From contig NC_090351.1 of assembly GCF_035084215.1 (NCBI RefSeq), positions 33,666,001 to 33,730,000 of the forward strand: a DNA stretch of 64,000 nucleotides. Direction: 5' to 3'. A model generated the notes under the pieces. The model saw nothing but the letters and a program-made list of their open reading frames with translations, did no database searches and was not told where the DNA came from. Below are positions 1 through 13,455 of the stretch, one piece after another. Positions within the stretch are counted from its first letter, which is position 1; each line of letters begins with the position of its first letter. Made by a program: the position numbers and the translations under genes. Source of the DNA: Heptranchias perlo. Taxonomy: Eukaryota.

Positions 1-1247
1 TGGTGTATTTGCAGAACAGTTTGTTCCTTCTTATTCATCCTCAGATTTCCTCTTTTTGTGTTTGGGAAACAAGAGGTGAAGATGGTTGCTTGGACAATTT
101 TAAAAAGTCTGTATCCATGTCCGAGTGAGACCTCCTCAGCCAGTTACTATTGTTCTAGGAGCTGTATGGCTGGTGAATTTAACTGTCACAGGCCCATATG
201 AGCAAGACTCTGCTTGCTACTACCTGCTACTACATCCCCTCTCACTATTCTTCCAGCCCCAAACCCACACCACAAGTCAAACGTACAGTGGAGTGACACT
301 AAAGATTTGGAGCGTAAGTTATAACTGGGCGGACAGCCTCAGTCTACTCTGAGCAAGAAAGCACAACCTGTGGTGTTTGCAAGAACACCGCAGAGCAGTG
401 TATCAATCACATCTGAAACTTGCGATATCCTGTGTTATCTTTATAATGCACACTGGTGAAACCTGTGGGGTGGTTTTGGTTTGTTTTTCTGTGGTGATGT
501 CCCACACTATGTACCTTGGCTTGTCACCTTGGTTTCTCAATAATTTTTTTAAAAAAATTGTTAGTCTGTGGAAAGAACACTTCTTCTTTCCTACATAAGA
601 ATAATTATTTCTTAATTATTTTTAATATTTATTTTCAAGTTATTATTCTCTCCTATTGCCCTAACCAATTTATTCTTCTCTTTGTATTGTATCAGAAGCC
701 TCGATGCTATGGCCGCTTGAAGTGGTCCCAACTCTATTTAAAGTGGTTCTGCAATGTCCTCGGGCTGCGAGTACAGTGGAATTGATCCCACTTACATGTA
801 GGTGATGTTAAGAGCACCAGGAAGGATGGAGGAAGAATTGTGCATACACAATTTATGTGCACGCCGTTCTTTAAAGGGTACAATTGCACCTTATATTTTC
901 TGGCGACGGAGCTTCCCAGTTGGTTTGTATGGGTGGGCAGAAAAAAATGGGAGCCAGAGATATCCGGTGGGGGCGTCCTTCTACATCAGCCAGCATTTCA
1001 TTTCTGGTGGAGCCCTCGGAAAAGCACTTCCTGACTAACACCACCTCATTTATATAACAGGACTGCCGCTCAATATAAAATGGGCATAAATATTCTTCGA
1101 GTTCTCCATGAGGAGTACAGCCGGCTGGTGGGATGAACGTTGATTTGTTGAATTTCTTTCAAGCAAGAGCTGGGCCTGTTTCTGGCTGGGGCGGAGATCA
1201 CCTCGTACAAGAGGTTGGTGCCTTGTAACGTTAATCAGGGCTAGTTT

Positions 1248-2275
1248 CATAAGAACATAAGAACATAAGAAATTGGAGCAGGAGTAGGCCAATCGGCCCC
1301 TCGAGCCTGCTCCGCCATTCAATAAGATCATGGCTGATCTGATCCCAACCACAAATCTAAAGAACACAAGAAGTCGGAGCAGGACCCGGCCACATAGCCC
1401 CTGGGCCCTCTCCGCCACCCACAGGGCATTGACCGATCCGAACTCAGCTTCATGTCCAATTTCCTGCCCGCTCCCCATAACCCCTAATTCCCTTTACTTC
1501 TAGGAAACTGTCTATTTCTGTTTTAAATTTATCTAATGATGTAGCTTCCACAGCTTCCTGGGGCAGCAAATTCCACAGACCGACCACCCTCTGAGTGAAG
1601 AAGTTTCTCCTCATCTCAGTTTTGAAAGAGCAGCCCCTTATTCTAAGATTATGCCCCCTAGTTCTAGTTTCACCCATCTTTGAGAACATCCTTACTGCAT
1701 CCACCCGATCAAGACCCTTCACAATCTTATATGTTTCAATAAGATCGCCTCTCATTCTTCTGAACTCCAATGAGTAGAGTCCCAATCTACTCAACCTCTC
1801 CTCATATGTCCGCCCCCTCATCCCCGGGATTAACCGAGTGAACCTTCTTTGTACTGCCTCGAGAGCAAGTATGTCTTTTCTTAAGTATGGAGACCAAAAC
1901 TGTATGCAGTATTCCAGGTGCGGTCTCACCAATACCTTATATAACTGCAGCAATACCTCCTTGTTTTTATATTCTATCCCCCTAGCAATAAAAGCCAACA
2001 TTCCGTTGGCTTTCTTGATCACCTGCTGCACCTGCATACCAACTTTTTGATTTTCTTGCACTAGGACCCCCAGATCCCTTTGTACTGCAGTACTTTCCAG
2101 TCTCTCGCCATTAAGAAAATAACTTGCTCTCTGATTTTTCCTGCCAAAGTGCATAACCTCACATTTTCCAATATTATATTGCATCTGCCAAATCTCCGCC
2201 CACTCACCCAGCCTGTCTATATCCCCTTGCAGGTTTTTTATGTCCTCCTCACTCTATACTTTCCCTCCCATCTTT
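1248..2275 (-). mobile_element. CR1 LINE 3' fragment
   Basis: ORF 1450..2184 matches the CR1 ORF2 C-terminus (KCEVMHFG, RPHLEYC, RGDLIE); (TTCTTATG)n tail. Confidence 0.95.
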
Positions 2276-5018
2276 CGATCACCTAAGGGGGGGTCGGAGA
2301 GGAATTTACCATATTTTTTCCCCTAATTGGCCTGGGTTTTATCTGTTTTTAATGCTTCTCCCAGGGGAATGTCAGTATTGTGATACATGAGGCACCACAA
2401 CTGTATGGGACAGACTGGATGGACCAGAAGGCCTTTTCCTGTCCCTTATTTTTGTGATTTATGACAGTAATGTTTGGTTGAGCATACACAAGGAGGGACT
2501 GTGTGAACAAATTTTAAATGCGAACTAGTGCAAGCTATATTTCTGTTATTTAACCCAACATTAAATCACTTTGAGAATCTGAGGTAAAACATTTCAAACT
2601 GGCTGAAAAAACGTAACGAAATGAATTAAGATGCTCCTTGTATCCCGTATTTTAATTTGAAATCCATGTGGTTTCTGTCTTCCAACAGAAAAGGATTTTT
2701 GCTCATTAAAGGATGCTATGAAGAGTGTAGGGAATATTATAGACTTTGGAGAGCAATAACTCAGTGAGGTTCATGTTCTACCACTTTTAAACCTTGTTCT
2801 GTGTGTGCATTTTGCTTCCTGTTTAAATAGGTTTTAAGTTAAAATGGTGAGGTAAACATGGTTAAAGCAGCACAACTTTAAATATATAGGGGTATGAATT
2901 TGCCTGGACCCAATGCACGAGCTTTAGTTACCTGTTGTGCTTCCACAGGCAGCTAGCGTTTTTGAACTGCACAAAGGTAAGTCTCGGGCATGGCGGGGTA
3001 ACTGCTCCTCCTGGCTTCACAGGAAGGTTTAAAAAACTAACCTTTCATTGAAGAATCCTGAGCGGGCCAGGCCCAACGCCTGAATAATGGCCCAATCCAA
3101 TTTCCGCATGGGTGTTTTTCATGTTTCCTTTGAGTGCAGGACGTTGGTCCGCGAAATTGGGCCTCAGTGCACCAGTTTAAGTGCAAAACAGGCGTGAACG
3201 AGGTCCAAGTAATTATGAAGAGCCAAGGTCATCCAAATTGGCTATCTTGAGTTTCTAGGCACATCGCCAAACTATACCCAGTTTGAATGCTTTCAAATTA
3301 ATTTTGACCGGTGCCTTTATTAAATGTGCAGAGGAACAAAATGTTTTTACCCTATGCAAGATACCATTTTCTTTGCCAGAACAATGAGTCAGAAGCAATA
3401 GGATGGCATCTATATTGGAACGACATCAATGAGGAAAGATGTGTGAAACTATTTTAATATTTGTGCTTTCTTTTTTATCAGACCTGGTATTGTTGGGAGA
3501 GTCTAGCAAAGGGGGTGAATTATCTGTGATAGACATTTCCCATTTTAAGATAATACTGGATAGATCCAGAAGATTTTAGAATGCTAGGAATATTGATAGA
3601 CCAATCTAAAGCCATCTGCTTCTGTTTAGGGCTCTTTATATAATCTATTCACCGTCAAACATACTGACCATTCTGTCTCACTAATTGTGGCTTTATAAAA
3701 TTCAGAGTATTTATGTTAATTAGGAGATGACAGTATTGCAGGAAATAACAGCCATTGTTATTTGTCTCTTAAAATACCTAGATAGTATTGGAAACATTTC
3801 AAAGATATTTAGATTTGCATCTAATTACATAAAGAAACAGTAAATAATTACAAAAAATAAGAGCTCAGCTTTAAAATTCAGCATGTGTCTGGAAAGTAGA
3901 ACTGTACTTAGAGATAAGCTAGGTGATATGAGCTGTTTCATTGGGCTTTTACAATCGTTTAGAAATGGGCGTTAGGAAAGCAGGAATGGAGCCAAAATGA
4001 GGTCTTCTGCTTGCTAATAGTATCTGGCATTTCCCAAGGGTACAAAAAATAAACAAATTTAGCTTATTATCAATAGAGAGAATATTTCATTACATAAAAA
4101 GTCAGTTAAATCAATCAATCAGGAATACTTATAAAAAAGCAGAATCTTGCAACTAATCTGCTGCTAACTGGTTTAGTGAGTTTAACACGCAAGGGGTTGA
4201 AAGTCCCCTTTTAGTCAATGTGAGTATAAAGCTTGTGTTGCTTACTTTATACAAACGGTGACATGTTCATACGAATCAACAAAGGCAGGAATTTCTCCCC
4301 ATGTCAGATTTTGTCACCACATTGCACAGGCAAGTTTTTTCAATGATTGGGAGCTAAAATCGCACCGGGGTTAACAGTAATTAAAAAAGGTAACAAGATT
4401 ATTTAACAAAAATGTTTACGTTCTGTTTCCGCTTTTGGGGAAGTTACAGGAAGTGCAGCATTTGAATGATTTCAGATGGTGATTACAATATAATGTCTTG
4501 TTTTTCACTGATTAGTTTCTCACACTTTGATGTTAAAAAAAACTCTGCATTAGGCTCTAACTCAAAATTAGTTGGTGTTTCTCAACCAATTCATTAACTA
4601 AAATTTTAACGAATAAGTTGAACAAGTCAGTACAGGCTAGATAAGCACAAATTGTACTACGTGTAATGTAAAGTCCCATTATTACAAATTCAGGATGAGC
4701 AGAAAAATAATCTGTCTGATCAGAGGGTTCATCTCATCCAGGTCTGAACTCCAAGCTTCACACCAATCAAGAAAATGGTAATTAAAGCAGGAGGTGTGAA
4801 TGGTTGAGTTTGTAATAATGAGGTTCCATTGTATTATTGGTAGTGTAAAATAGGCTTATTTATTTTTCTCTAACATTTTGAAAAGCAGTTAGAAGATATT
4901 TTTTAGTGTCTGACGTAACATCACAGGGTTTCACAACAGATCATGTTTCTGGTCCGACTGATGCAACTGTACGTTCCTATTATTTCCAAAAATACAAATA
5001 AGACTAATATTTTCTTAC

Positions 5019-5058
5019 CTGATAGGAAAGCAATAGACAGGAGAAGGGTAAAACCCAT
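5019..5058 (-). CDS. Leader exon (MGFTLLLSIAFLS) of a second, tandem paralogous receptor; its remaining exons probably lie left of the window
   Basis: Same 40-nt length, same phase 1 and same TATCAG|gtaagaaa junction as 34735-34774; no IgV exon recognised in 1-5000. Confidence 0.75.
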
Positions 5059-5739
5059 TTTTTAAATGTTTTACAACTCCACTTTTCGCACACAGATCTT
5101 TACTTCAGCGGCCCTGCTTCTGCACTGCAGTATCTAACCATTAATTTACTTCCCTTTAACACTTGTGAGATTGTGACCACTACTATAGCTGAGAATAGAA
5201 AGGACAGCTTTCAGTTGTGACACCCTCAGACCTTACAACATGTCTAGTTTGAATAAATAAGTACCAAGGCATTCATGGTACAACACGCTGGCGCTATATA
5301 AAAGCCTAATTGTTTTCTTTCTTAGCCTTGTTTGAAGAATTGAATCAACTGTTTAATTGTTAGTGACAAAATGACTGCTGCAAGTAGAGTTAAAATCTTA
5401 TAGCTTTTACAATCTCTATTAAATCATTTAAATTCTATACAGTGTATTCAATAAGATGTGCTTTGTGATTCACTTAATTTGTTTTTCACTTTGCTGTGCA
5501 GCATTTTACAAACTGGCCAGGACCATTTCTCTTTATGGGTTTATTTGTCTAAATGCAGAAGCACAACTTCGATGTTCTGAAAGTCTTGATGGGGATTTTC
5601 TAAAAATAAAATGGACTTGATAAATAATTAACCCTTAGACTTGTCCATTGTTATTCTGCAGAAGCTGCGTTTGATTTTTTTTCTGTTGTAATGAAAATTT
5701 TACAAATATACGAGGACTAACAAGGAAGAGCTAATTTGA

Positions 5740-8103
5740 CATTGCAGCAACTCGCCAAGTCTTCTTCGGCAGCACCTCCCAAACCCATGACCTCCACCAC
5801 CGAGAACTACAAGGGGAGCAGTCACATGGGAACACCACGGGAAGTTCCCCTCCTAGTCACATGCCTTCCTGACTTGGACATATATCCCCATTTCTTCAAA
5901 GACACTGGGCTCGATGTTACCAGGCCTGCGGGTTTCCGGCGGGTTGGGTTTCGGTAGCCTGGTCAACACGCTCGGTGAAATTATTGGGTTGCCCGCGCGA
6001 TCGTAGCAGGCAACCCACTAACAGGAATCAATTACCTGCTCCTCCGGGGTCCACGCTGCTGGTCTGCGCGTCGGGCGGGCTGCGCATGCGCAGTACAATC
6101 TGTCAGCTGGAGGCTCTCTAGTTAAAGGGGCAGTCCTCCACTGACAGATGCTGCAACCAATGGAACAAATTTCAGCATGGAGCAGCCCAGGGGGAAGGCT
6201 GCTCCCAGTTTAATGATGCCTCACCCCAGGTATCATCAGATGGGGTGAGGAGGAGGGCGAAGACAGAGATCTTCCACCCGGCGGGCGTGAGGAAGCGGCC
6301 AGCCTCTGCCACCAAGAAGGCCTGGCTCGAGGTGGCAGAGGGGGTCACCTGCGCAACCAACATATCGCCCACCTGCATACAGTGCAGGAGGCGCTGCAAT
6401 GACCTCAGTAGGTCAGCCACAGTGAGAACATGAAGTCTTTCCCCTACACTCCATCTGCCACAACACTGCCCCAACCCCACATCTCCTTCGGCACCGCCAA
6501 CACTACTCTGTCACATCACCCCTCATACCCACTCAAACCCCATCCTCATCTTACCTCCACCTACTCACCTCGCCAGTACTCATCCTGCCACTAACACGCG
6601 ACCCAATCCTCATACAATCTCATGGCTCTATCCCATACTCACCCTCTCGTGCATCTCCCTCACGGCCAGCCTCACTCAACCTGCCACCACCTGTGCTGCA
6701 GCCACAGGGCATGCATCACATATGTGCAGTAGGCAGCGTAAGGCAAATGTTTCGTGAGCATGAAGGGGGTGCACAAGGGTGTCGGAGGGTTTGCCATGGG
6801 TGGTACCTATATTGAATTTCAGAGCAACAAACAGCACACATTATATTGGCACCACCACTGCCATGTCTCCGCGAATACTGTCTGTTGTGTCCAATAATGC
6901 CCGCTCCTGGGTATCACTATGAGGACCCACCACTGATGCCACCCATCGTGTTACTGCAGAGTAGGTGCAGGTGTATTTGCAGGGCTCTTCCGCGCAGACC
7001 ACTGAGAGACATCGGTGGTGTAGCCGGCTGCACCCTGGAAGGATGCGAAGGAGAAGTTGTGGAGGGCAGTGGTGACTTTGGCAGGCAGGAGCAGCTCGGC
7101 ATGAAAGAGCCTGCACATGTCCACGACTACATGTCGAGTGAATCTGCGCCTCCGTGTGCACTGCTGCTCGGAGAGGTCCGGGGAGCTTCGCCTCGGTCTG
7201 TGGACCATGTGGCGAGGGTAGTGCCCTCTGCGATGCGTCTCTCTCTGTGGTAGCCCTCCCTCCTGCTGTGCAGGTGGGCGTGCAACAACCCCGTGTTGGG
7301 GGGCTCCACGTCTCTGCGGCGGACGGCGTGGACTGCGAGGCTGCTGGGGCTGGTCATGCTGTTCGTCCTCCGAGGGTGTCCACGCACCACCCATCTGGCC
7401 GTTGTTGGTCTGAGGGGTTGTGCAGGGTAGGTGGGTGGTTCCTCGGACTGGGGCTGCAGTTTCGTGTCGGTCTGTCCTCTGGCTTGGCGGGGGGTGGTGG
7501 GGGGCAGGGGTTGCCCTATGTGACGCGGTGGCCTCCTGCGTGGGTGAGGGCTCTACCCCGTGGGGTGCACCTTGGCACCTGCCACAGGCTGCTGGCTGCA
7601 ACACGCCTGGTTGGAGAGAGACTGTTTCCCCCAGTGTGGGAAACATGCTGCGATGCAGGTGAAATCCCACACTTCCTCTTTTGACAGCTGATTCAGCTCA
7701 TTAACTGACCTCAACAAGCAAGGTAAGTACTCTCAAGTGGAACCCCGCTGGCTTTAATTGCCTGCGGGATTCCCACCAGCGGGGGCCACGCACGCAGCCC
7801 CGCACGTCATCAGGGAACCCGGAAGTGCTCGGGATCGCGGCGCGATCCGGTCACGTGACCTCGTATCGGGATTTTTGGGGCCCCCCCGCTGGAAACCCGC
7901 AGGAAACCCAACCCTAAAATCGAGCCCACTGGGTCAAAATCCTGGAACTGCCCATCTAACAGCACTGTGGGAGAACCTTCACCACACGGACTGCAGCGGT
8001 TCAAGAAGGCGGCTCACCACCACCTTCTCAAGGGTAACTAGGGATGGGTAATAAATAACTGTCTTGCCAGCGACTCCCACATCCCAAGAATGAATTAAAA
8101 AAA
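5740..8103 (+). mobile_element. 3' end of a CR1/L2-group LINE (same family as 50228-51236), split by a Harbinger insertion
   Basis: 5740-5906 and 7931-8103 join into a sequence colinear with the reverse complement of about 50230-50570. Confidence 0.85.
5907..7927. mobile_element. Non-autonomous PIF/Harbinger element with convergent Myb/SANT (+) and transposase (-) remnants
   Basis: TIR GGGCTCGAT.TTA / TAAAATCGAGCCC; TSD ACT (5904-5906, 7928-7930); KAWLEVAEGV...QCRRRCNDL (Myb/SANT-like); KVTTALHNFSFASFQ (HARBI1-like). Confidence 0.9.
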
Positions 8104-8264
8104 GATTACTCTCAGTGCAGATGTTATTTTCCAGTAACTTCTTAAGTCTTGTGGCAATGTGCTTCTCAGATACATTTTTAAAACAACAAAAATAACATGT
8201 AATAAAAATTAAGGGACAACTGGTCCCTTTCACCTCTTAGTTAGCCTTTCACCTCTGGAATGTA

Positions 8265-9266
8265 GGGCATGATTTTAAATGGGAAAAACGGGTGGGTTGG
8301 GGGTGGGGCAAGCAGTAAAAATTAAAAAAATCTAAAACCTGCCTCCAACCAGCCCATTTCCGGTTTTCACAGAGGCAGGATGAGGAGCGGGCGACCAATC
8401 TGCTCTCAGGAGGCGGGTCGGTCAGTGAAGGCTTTCAAGGAGGCTGTGGGCCTCCATTTTGACAGGTTTTTGGGGGCCGGGATTCCCGGGCCTTCTGATT
8501 CACGCCACGTGAGAGGAGGGGGGAAGGCCCGAAACAGCAGGTGGGCCAGGAGAAGCAGGAATGCTTCCCCTAGGCCCAACAAGCTTACCTGCCTCCACCC
8601 TACAAATGCGATTGACTGACCTCCCCCCACGATCTCTGTTCCCCCTCCCCCACGATCTCCGTTCCCCTCCCCCACGATCTCCGTTCCCCTCCCCCACAAT
8701 CTCAGTCCCCCCCCCCACGATCTCAGTTCCCCTCCCCCACGATCTCAGTTCCCCTCCCCCACGATCTCCATTCCCCCCGATGACCCCTGAGCCCCAAGAT
8801 CTTCAATCCTTGACCCCCTGATGACTGACTCACCCTTCGATGAGTGACTCCCGCTTCGATGACTGAGCCCCTCCGATGACTGAACCCCCCCTCCGACGGC
8901 TGCTCCCCCCCCCCTCCGATGGCAGCCCCCCTCCGATGTCAGACCCCGCCTCCGATGACTGAGCGCCTCCAATGACAGGTCCCCCTCCGACAACTGATTT
9001 CCCCCCCCCCCCCCGACAACTGCCCCCTCCTCCGATGACTGAGCCCCCCGATGACTGATCCTCCTCCCGGTGACCCCCCCCCAACCCATCTAACACTTAG
9101 CTGAACATGACCTCTTCCTCCTTCTTCACCCATCGGACTGAGGCCAGCCTGTCAATCAGGCCGACCTGTGGGGTGGGAAAAATATAAAAGAAGTCCTGAC
9201 GTCAAAATTCTTCCGGGTTTCCCGACTGGAATTCCTCTGCCGCCGCCTCCCGATAAAATCATGCCC
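8265..9266. mobile_element. Harbinger-type MITE with internal C-rich minisatellites
   Basis: Perfect 13-bp TIR GGGCATGATTTTA; flanks GTA/ATA; arrays of CCCCACGATCTC and CCTCCGATGACTGA. Confidence 0.85.
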
Positions 9267-9757
9267 ATAAGTTCACATCCAGCCCAGACTGATGGAGTGA
9301 AAGTCTCCTCTGTTGGCTATATGTGTCCGACATACAGCTTCAAACTGGTTCTCTGTGGGCATGAGCCTATTATATGGCATGTTTTAGCATCAGATTTAGC
9401 ATCACTTGGAGAGGCCTTGGAAAATTTGGTGCAGAAAAAGAAATGGTGTAAACGATGCTTCTCTGAGCTTGGGGCAGAGCAGAGGAAGGTTTATTCTGCA
9501 TCGAGCTGTGTTGTGTTTGTGATGAGAATACTTAATGCTAATACTCAATGTGTGAATTTGGAAAGTGTTCAGTTTTTCAAGCTGCATTATGAAAAATTCA
9601 ACGAAACAAAAAAAGTAACCTATGTAGCCAGAAGCATTTGATTATAGGAACAGTTTTGCTAATGCCTGTTTTAAAAATTAACTTCTTATGCTCCCCTGAT
9701 GGCAGTTAGTTTATCCAGTGAGTAGTCGATCTTTGTAGACCAGCAGAGTCCCAGGTT

Positions 9758-10220
9758 CATAGAATCATAGAAACTTATGGCACAGAAGGAGGCCATTCGG
9801 CCCATTGTATCTGTGCTGGCCGAAAAAGAGCTATCTAGCCTATTCCCACTTTCTAGCTCTTGTTCCGTAGCCTTGTAGGTTATGGCATCTCAAGTGCGAT
9901 GAGGTTTTCTGCCTCCACCACCCTTTCAGGCAGTGAGTTCAAGACCCCCACCACCCTCTGGGTGAAAATAATTCTCCTCAGCTCCCCTCTAATCCTTCTA
10001 CCAATCACTTTAAATCTATGCCCCCTGGTTATTGACCTCTCTGCTAAGGGAAATGGGTCCTTCTTATCCATTCTATCTAGGCCTCTCATAATTTTATACA
10101 TCACAATTAAATCTCCCGTCAGCCTCCTCTGTTCCAAAGAAAACAACCCCAGTCTATCCAATCTTTCCTCATAGTTAAAATTCTTCAGTCCTGGCAACAT
10201 CCTCGTAAATCTCCTCTGTC
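9758..10220 (-). mobile_element. CR1 LINE 3' fragment
   Basis: ORF 9880..10317 contains RRFTRMLPGL...RGHRFKV; TTCTATGA tail. Confidence 0.9.
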
Positions 10221-11224
10221 CCTGGTCTACACTGAGTAAGCAGATCTCAGTCAAGGCAGCGATAAGAAGAATTATAATTGGCCTCAACGTCTTTGAGAAA
10301 TGGAGGGGAAAAATCAACTGAGAACACTAGATCGTGGAATTAACCATATAGATTAAATTCACCCACCAATCCATGCTCCAACCTGGGAGCCAGGCTTGAT
10401 GGAAGCATGGGCTGGAGAACGATGCTACAGAATCATGTTGCAGTCCTATCAATGAGTCTTTCTGCTGGGAACACAGGGTCAGTGCTTTATCCCACAGAGT
10501 ACATCTTACAGTTGCTGGTCATATGGTCATAGCCGGCCATGGACAGGGTATCACTGACAGGCAGCAGATTCCCTTTATGATGCCGCTTAAGGGAGATTTT
10601 TTTGACAACCTGTTTTCAACCTTTCTCCCGCCTGCAGTTTCAAAGCATAAAAGTACAGAAAGAAAGAGTAATTTGAAAAACGATTATTAACTACAATGAT
10701 CATGAAAGCCCATTGCATGTGTGCTGCCTTGGAGCATGCCTGGTGTGATGCAGTGGATTCATCTTCATCCTTATCCCTTTCTTGGGGCATAGCCTTTGCC
10801 TGTCTTCGTGGGGCAATGTGATCAAATGGGCCTTGTTCTTAATGAATGCCACCCAACAGGTAAAATTGGGTCTGCCTCTCAGCTGCTGCTGAAGCATGTT
10901 GGAAAAGGTCACCTGTAGCCTCGGTGATGCATACTCATTGAATTGAGCGCTCTCCCCTGTTGATGCCTGAAAGCATCCAATGATATTAACAAGTAGTGTG
11001 GTATCCTTTCCACTGAAAACACCATCTGTATGTTGCTGTTTAGTTTCAGGTATTCTTCAAGATGCTGAAGTAAGTTTAAGATTGCATCCCTATTGAGTGG
11101 CAGCCTCCTAGCATGATGTTCCTTGTTGAGGTACAGGCAATGACCTATTTGCAGTATTCGCCCTGCATTGGGTAGTAGCGATGCTGAAAATCCACCTCCT
11201 GTGGTACTTGAACCTGCTGGACTG

Positions 11225-11542
11225 TTCCATCTTTCGGATGAAAAGTTAAACCGAGACTCTGTCTGCTCTCTCAGGCAGATGTAAAAAATCCCATGGCACT
11301 AGTCGATGAACAGCAGGGGAGTTCTCCCCGGTATCCTGGCCAATATTTATCTCTCAACCGACATCATTAAAGTAGATGATCTGGTCATTATCTTATTGTT
11401 GTTTGTGGGACCTTGCTGTGTGCAAATTGGCTGCTGTGTTTCCTACATTACAACAATGACTACGCTTCAAAAGTATTTCATTGGCTGTAAAGCACTTTGG
11501 GACACCCTGAGGTTGTGAAAGGCGCTATATAAATGCAAGTCC
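11225..11542 (+). mobile_element. Deu-domain SINE (SacSINE1/AmnSINE1-like), 5'-truncated
   Basis: GTTAAACCGAG...ATCCCATGGCACTA...CCTGGCCAATATTTAT core and AAAGGCGCTATATAAATGCAAG tail; family recognised from memory. Confidence 0.8.
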
Positions 11543-12102
11543 TTTGTTTTTCTTTCTTTCCAGCTCCTTCTCTTCCTCCAAATTATCAATATCCACACTG
11601 CAGAGTTCCTCTTTTAGTCTGGCATGGCACAGACACGATGGGCCAAATGGCCTCCATCTGTGTTGTACATTTTCTATGTTTTCTATGTTTCTAGTCAATA
11701 CATCCTTCTCACCACTTGAACTCTACTGGCCCCTTATGGTGTTTTAGGTAAGAGAAATTAGCATAATGTCATAATAAAGTAAATTCTCAGCAAGTTTGCA
11801 TGTTCACCATCAATTTCTGTTTAACAAGCATTCAATAAACAAATAAAATAATAACAGGCCTGGGTTAATATGTATTACAAATATTAACCCCTGGGGGAAG
11901 TAAGGGCTAAAGAGTACAGCCACTGCATTAATACCAACTCACATAACTATCACCCCATGGCACACATTAGCACTAGTGCAATAGCCCTGACACAATAACC
12001 CCATCGATATGATATACAAAAACAGAAAAAAGAAAGGAATAAGACGGCCTCGTATAGTGCAAGTGGTAAATCTTCAGCCTCTCAATCTGGTCTTTTTTTG
12101 AA

Positions 12103-12470
12103 CTGGGTGGCATAGTGGGTTAATACTGTGACCGTTCACATCTGGCACTAGTGGTTGAATCCAATCTGCACTATGTGATAAAAGTCTCCTTCCAGTGCTG
12201 GCTCAAAGAATCCTGTTTGAAATGAGTTTGGCAGACTATACCCATAGTTTCTAATATGTTCTGGTCCACAACATAAAACTAGCTGTGATTCAGCATGCAT
12301 CAGCACCGAGGTGGATATCAGACCCAGCGCCCATGAAGTTTGCTGGTGTGGAAAATGGAAAATGAAATCATGCCTGCACAACAGTAAGTGATCTTCAGAG
12401 GCTGAAGATAAGGAACCTTGTTGAGGTAGAGCAGAGGGAACTTCATTTTTCATTTGGTGATGCTGGACCT
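12103..12470 (+). mobile_element. Old tRNA-headed SINE resembling LF-SINE
   Basis: GGCATAGTGG A-box, GGTTGAATCC B-box and TGAAATGAGTTTGG body. A related copy at about 8243-8264 + 9270-9560 is split by the MITE. Confidence 0.5.
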
Positions 12471-13279
12471 AACACGATGGTCCTCAATGTAAAAAATATT
12501 CCACTCCTCTACACAGTTAACTCTCACCTTGACCTGAATATAAATTCAATCAAACAAAATTAAAAAGAAGGCCTTTTGTCTGAGACTCAGGACTGTCAGG
12601 ACTGGCTGTGCCAGTGGAATTTGATGACAGTTGTCCTTTTACAATCAGTTGACGTTAGATGAAGTGCCAGATAGAGGTGATTTGTTTCATATTGAAAAGG
12701 GGGAGGGAGGAGTGGCACTGTTGGCCATGAATGTCCTTGAGCTACTCAGTAATCAGTGGCATCGATGGCCATGGCATCAGAGTAAATAACTTCTCTACCT
12801 TCTGCGACAGTGTTGGACAGCAGGTGATAAAGAAATGAAAATAAGTTTAAAAATATTACAAAACTGCAATGTTCTCTTCTGCAAAGCAGTTGAAACACAT
12901 TTTGTTTATCATGAGTAGTCAGGATACAATGGGGTCATTTGTTTATTGAATAACAATTAATTTCGCAATAGTAGGTGACCTAACAGAAAAATACATTTGA
13001 TTTTTAGGACAAAGTTGCAACAACAACAGTTATGAAGCAAAAAAAAAAGTGTCTTCAATTTACATTATAAAGCTAATTTCTGACTGTGCACTTCTATCAG
13101 AGAGCCTCACCCATCTGGAGTGTGCATCAGAAACTTGTGTGTTGCGCAGCACACAATTTTCTGACCATTACTTTGAATGATTGGAAAATCGTGCCAGTGC
13201 CTGAACTCCCAGTGAGGCTTTCCCAGCTGGTGAGGCTTCCTGGCACAAGGGCGAAGTCAGAAAATGACCCCAGGTGTAT

Positions 13280-13455
13280 ATTTCATGAAATTCCAGGGCG
13301 ATTCTCCCGACCTCCTGCCTTAACTTTGGCGGGAGATCGGAGAAACCTCTGGACAAACGGCGCTGTCCATTTACACCGTTTCTCTGGGGGTTCTGCCGAT
13401 CTCCTGATGAAGTTATGGCAGGAGATCAAGAGAACCTCTGAAGATTTTCCGGTCC
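13280..13455. repeat. Palindromic MITE-like element
   Basis: Nested inverted repeats (TCTCCCG.CCTCCTGCC / GGCAGGAG..C..GAGAA); a related copy lies at about 25103-25230. Confidence 0.55.

Noticed and set aside
8406-9133. Gly/Pro-rich ORFs
   Set aside because: These are translations of the MITE minisatellites
10700-11220. Possible very old Harbinger remnant (minus-strand KGYH and an acidic patch)
   Set aside because: Too decayed to support
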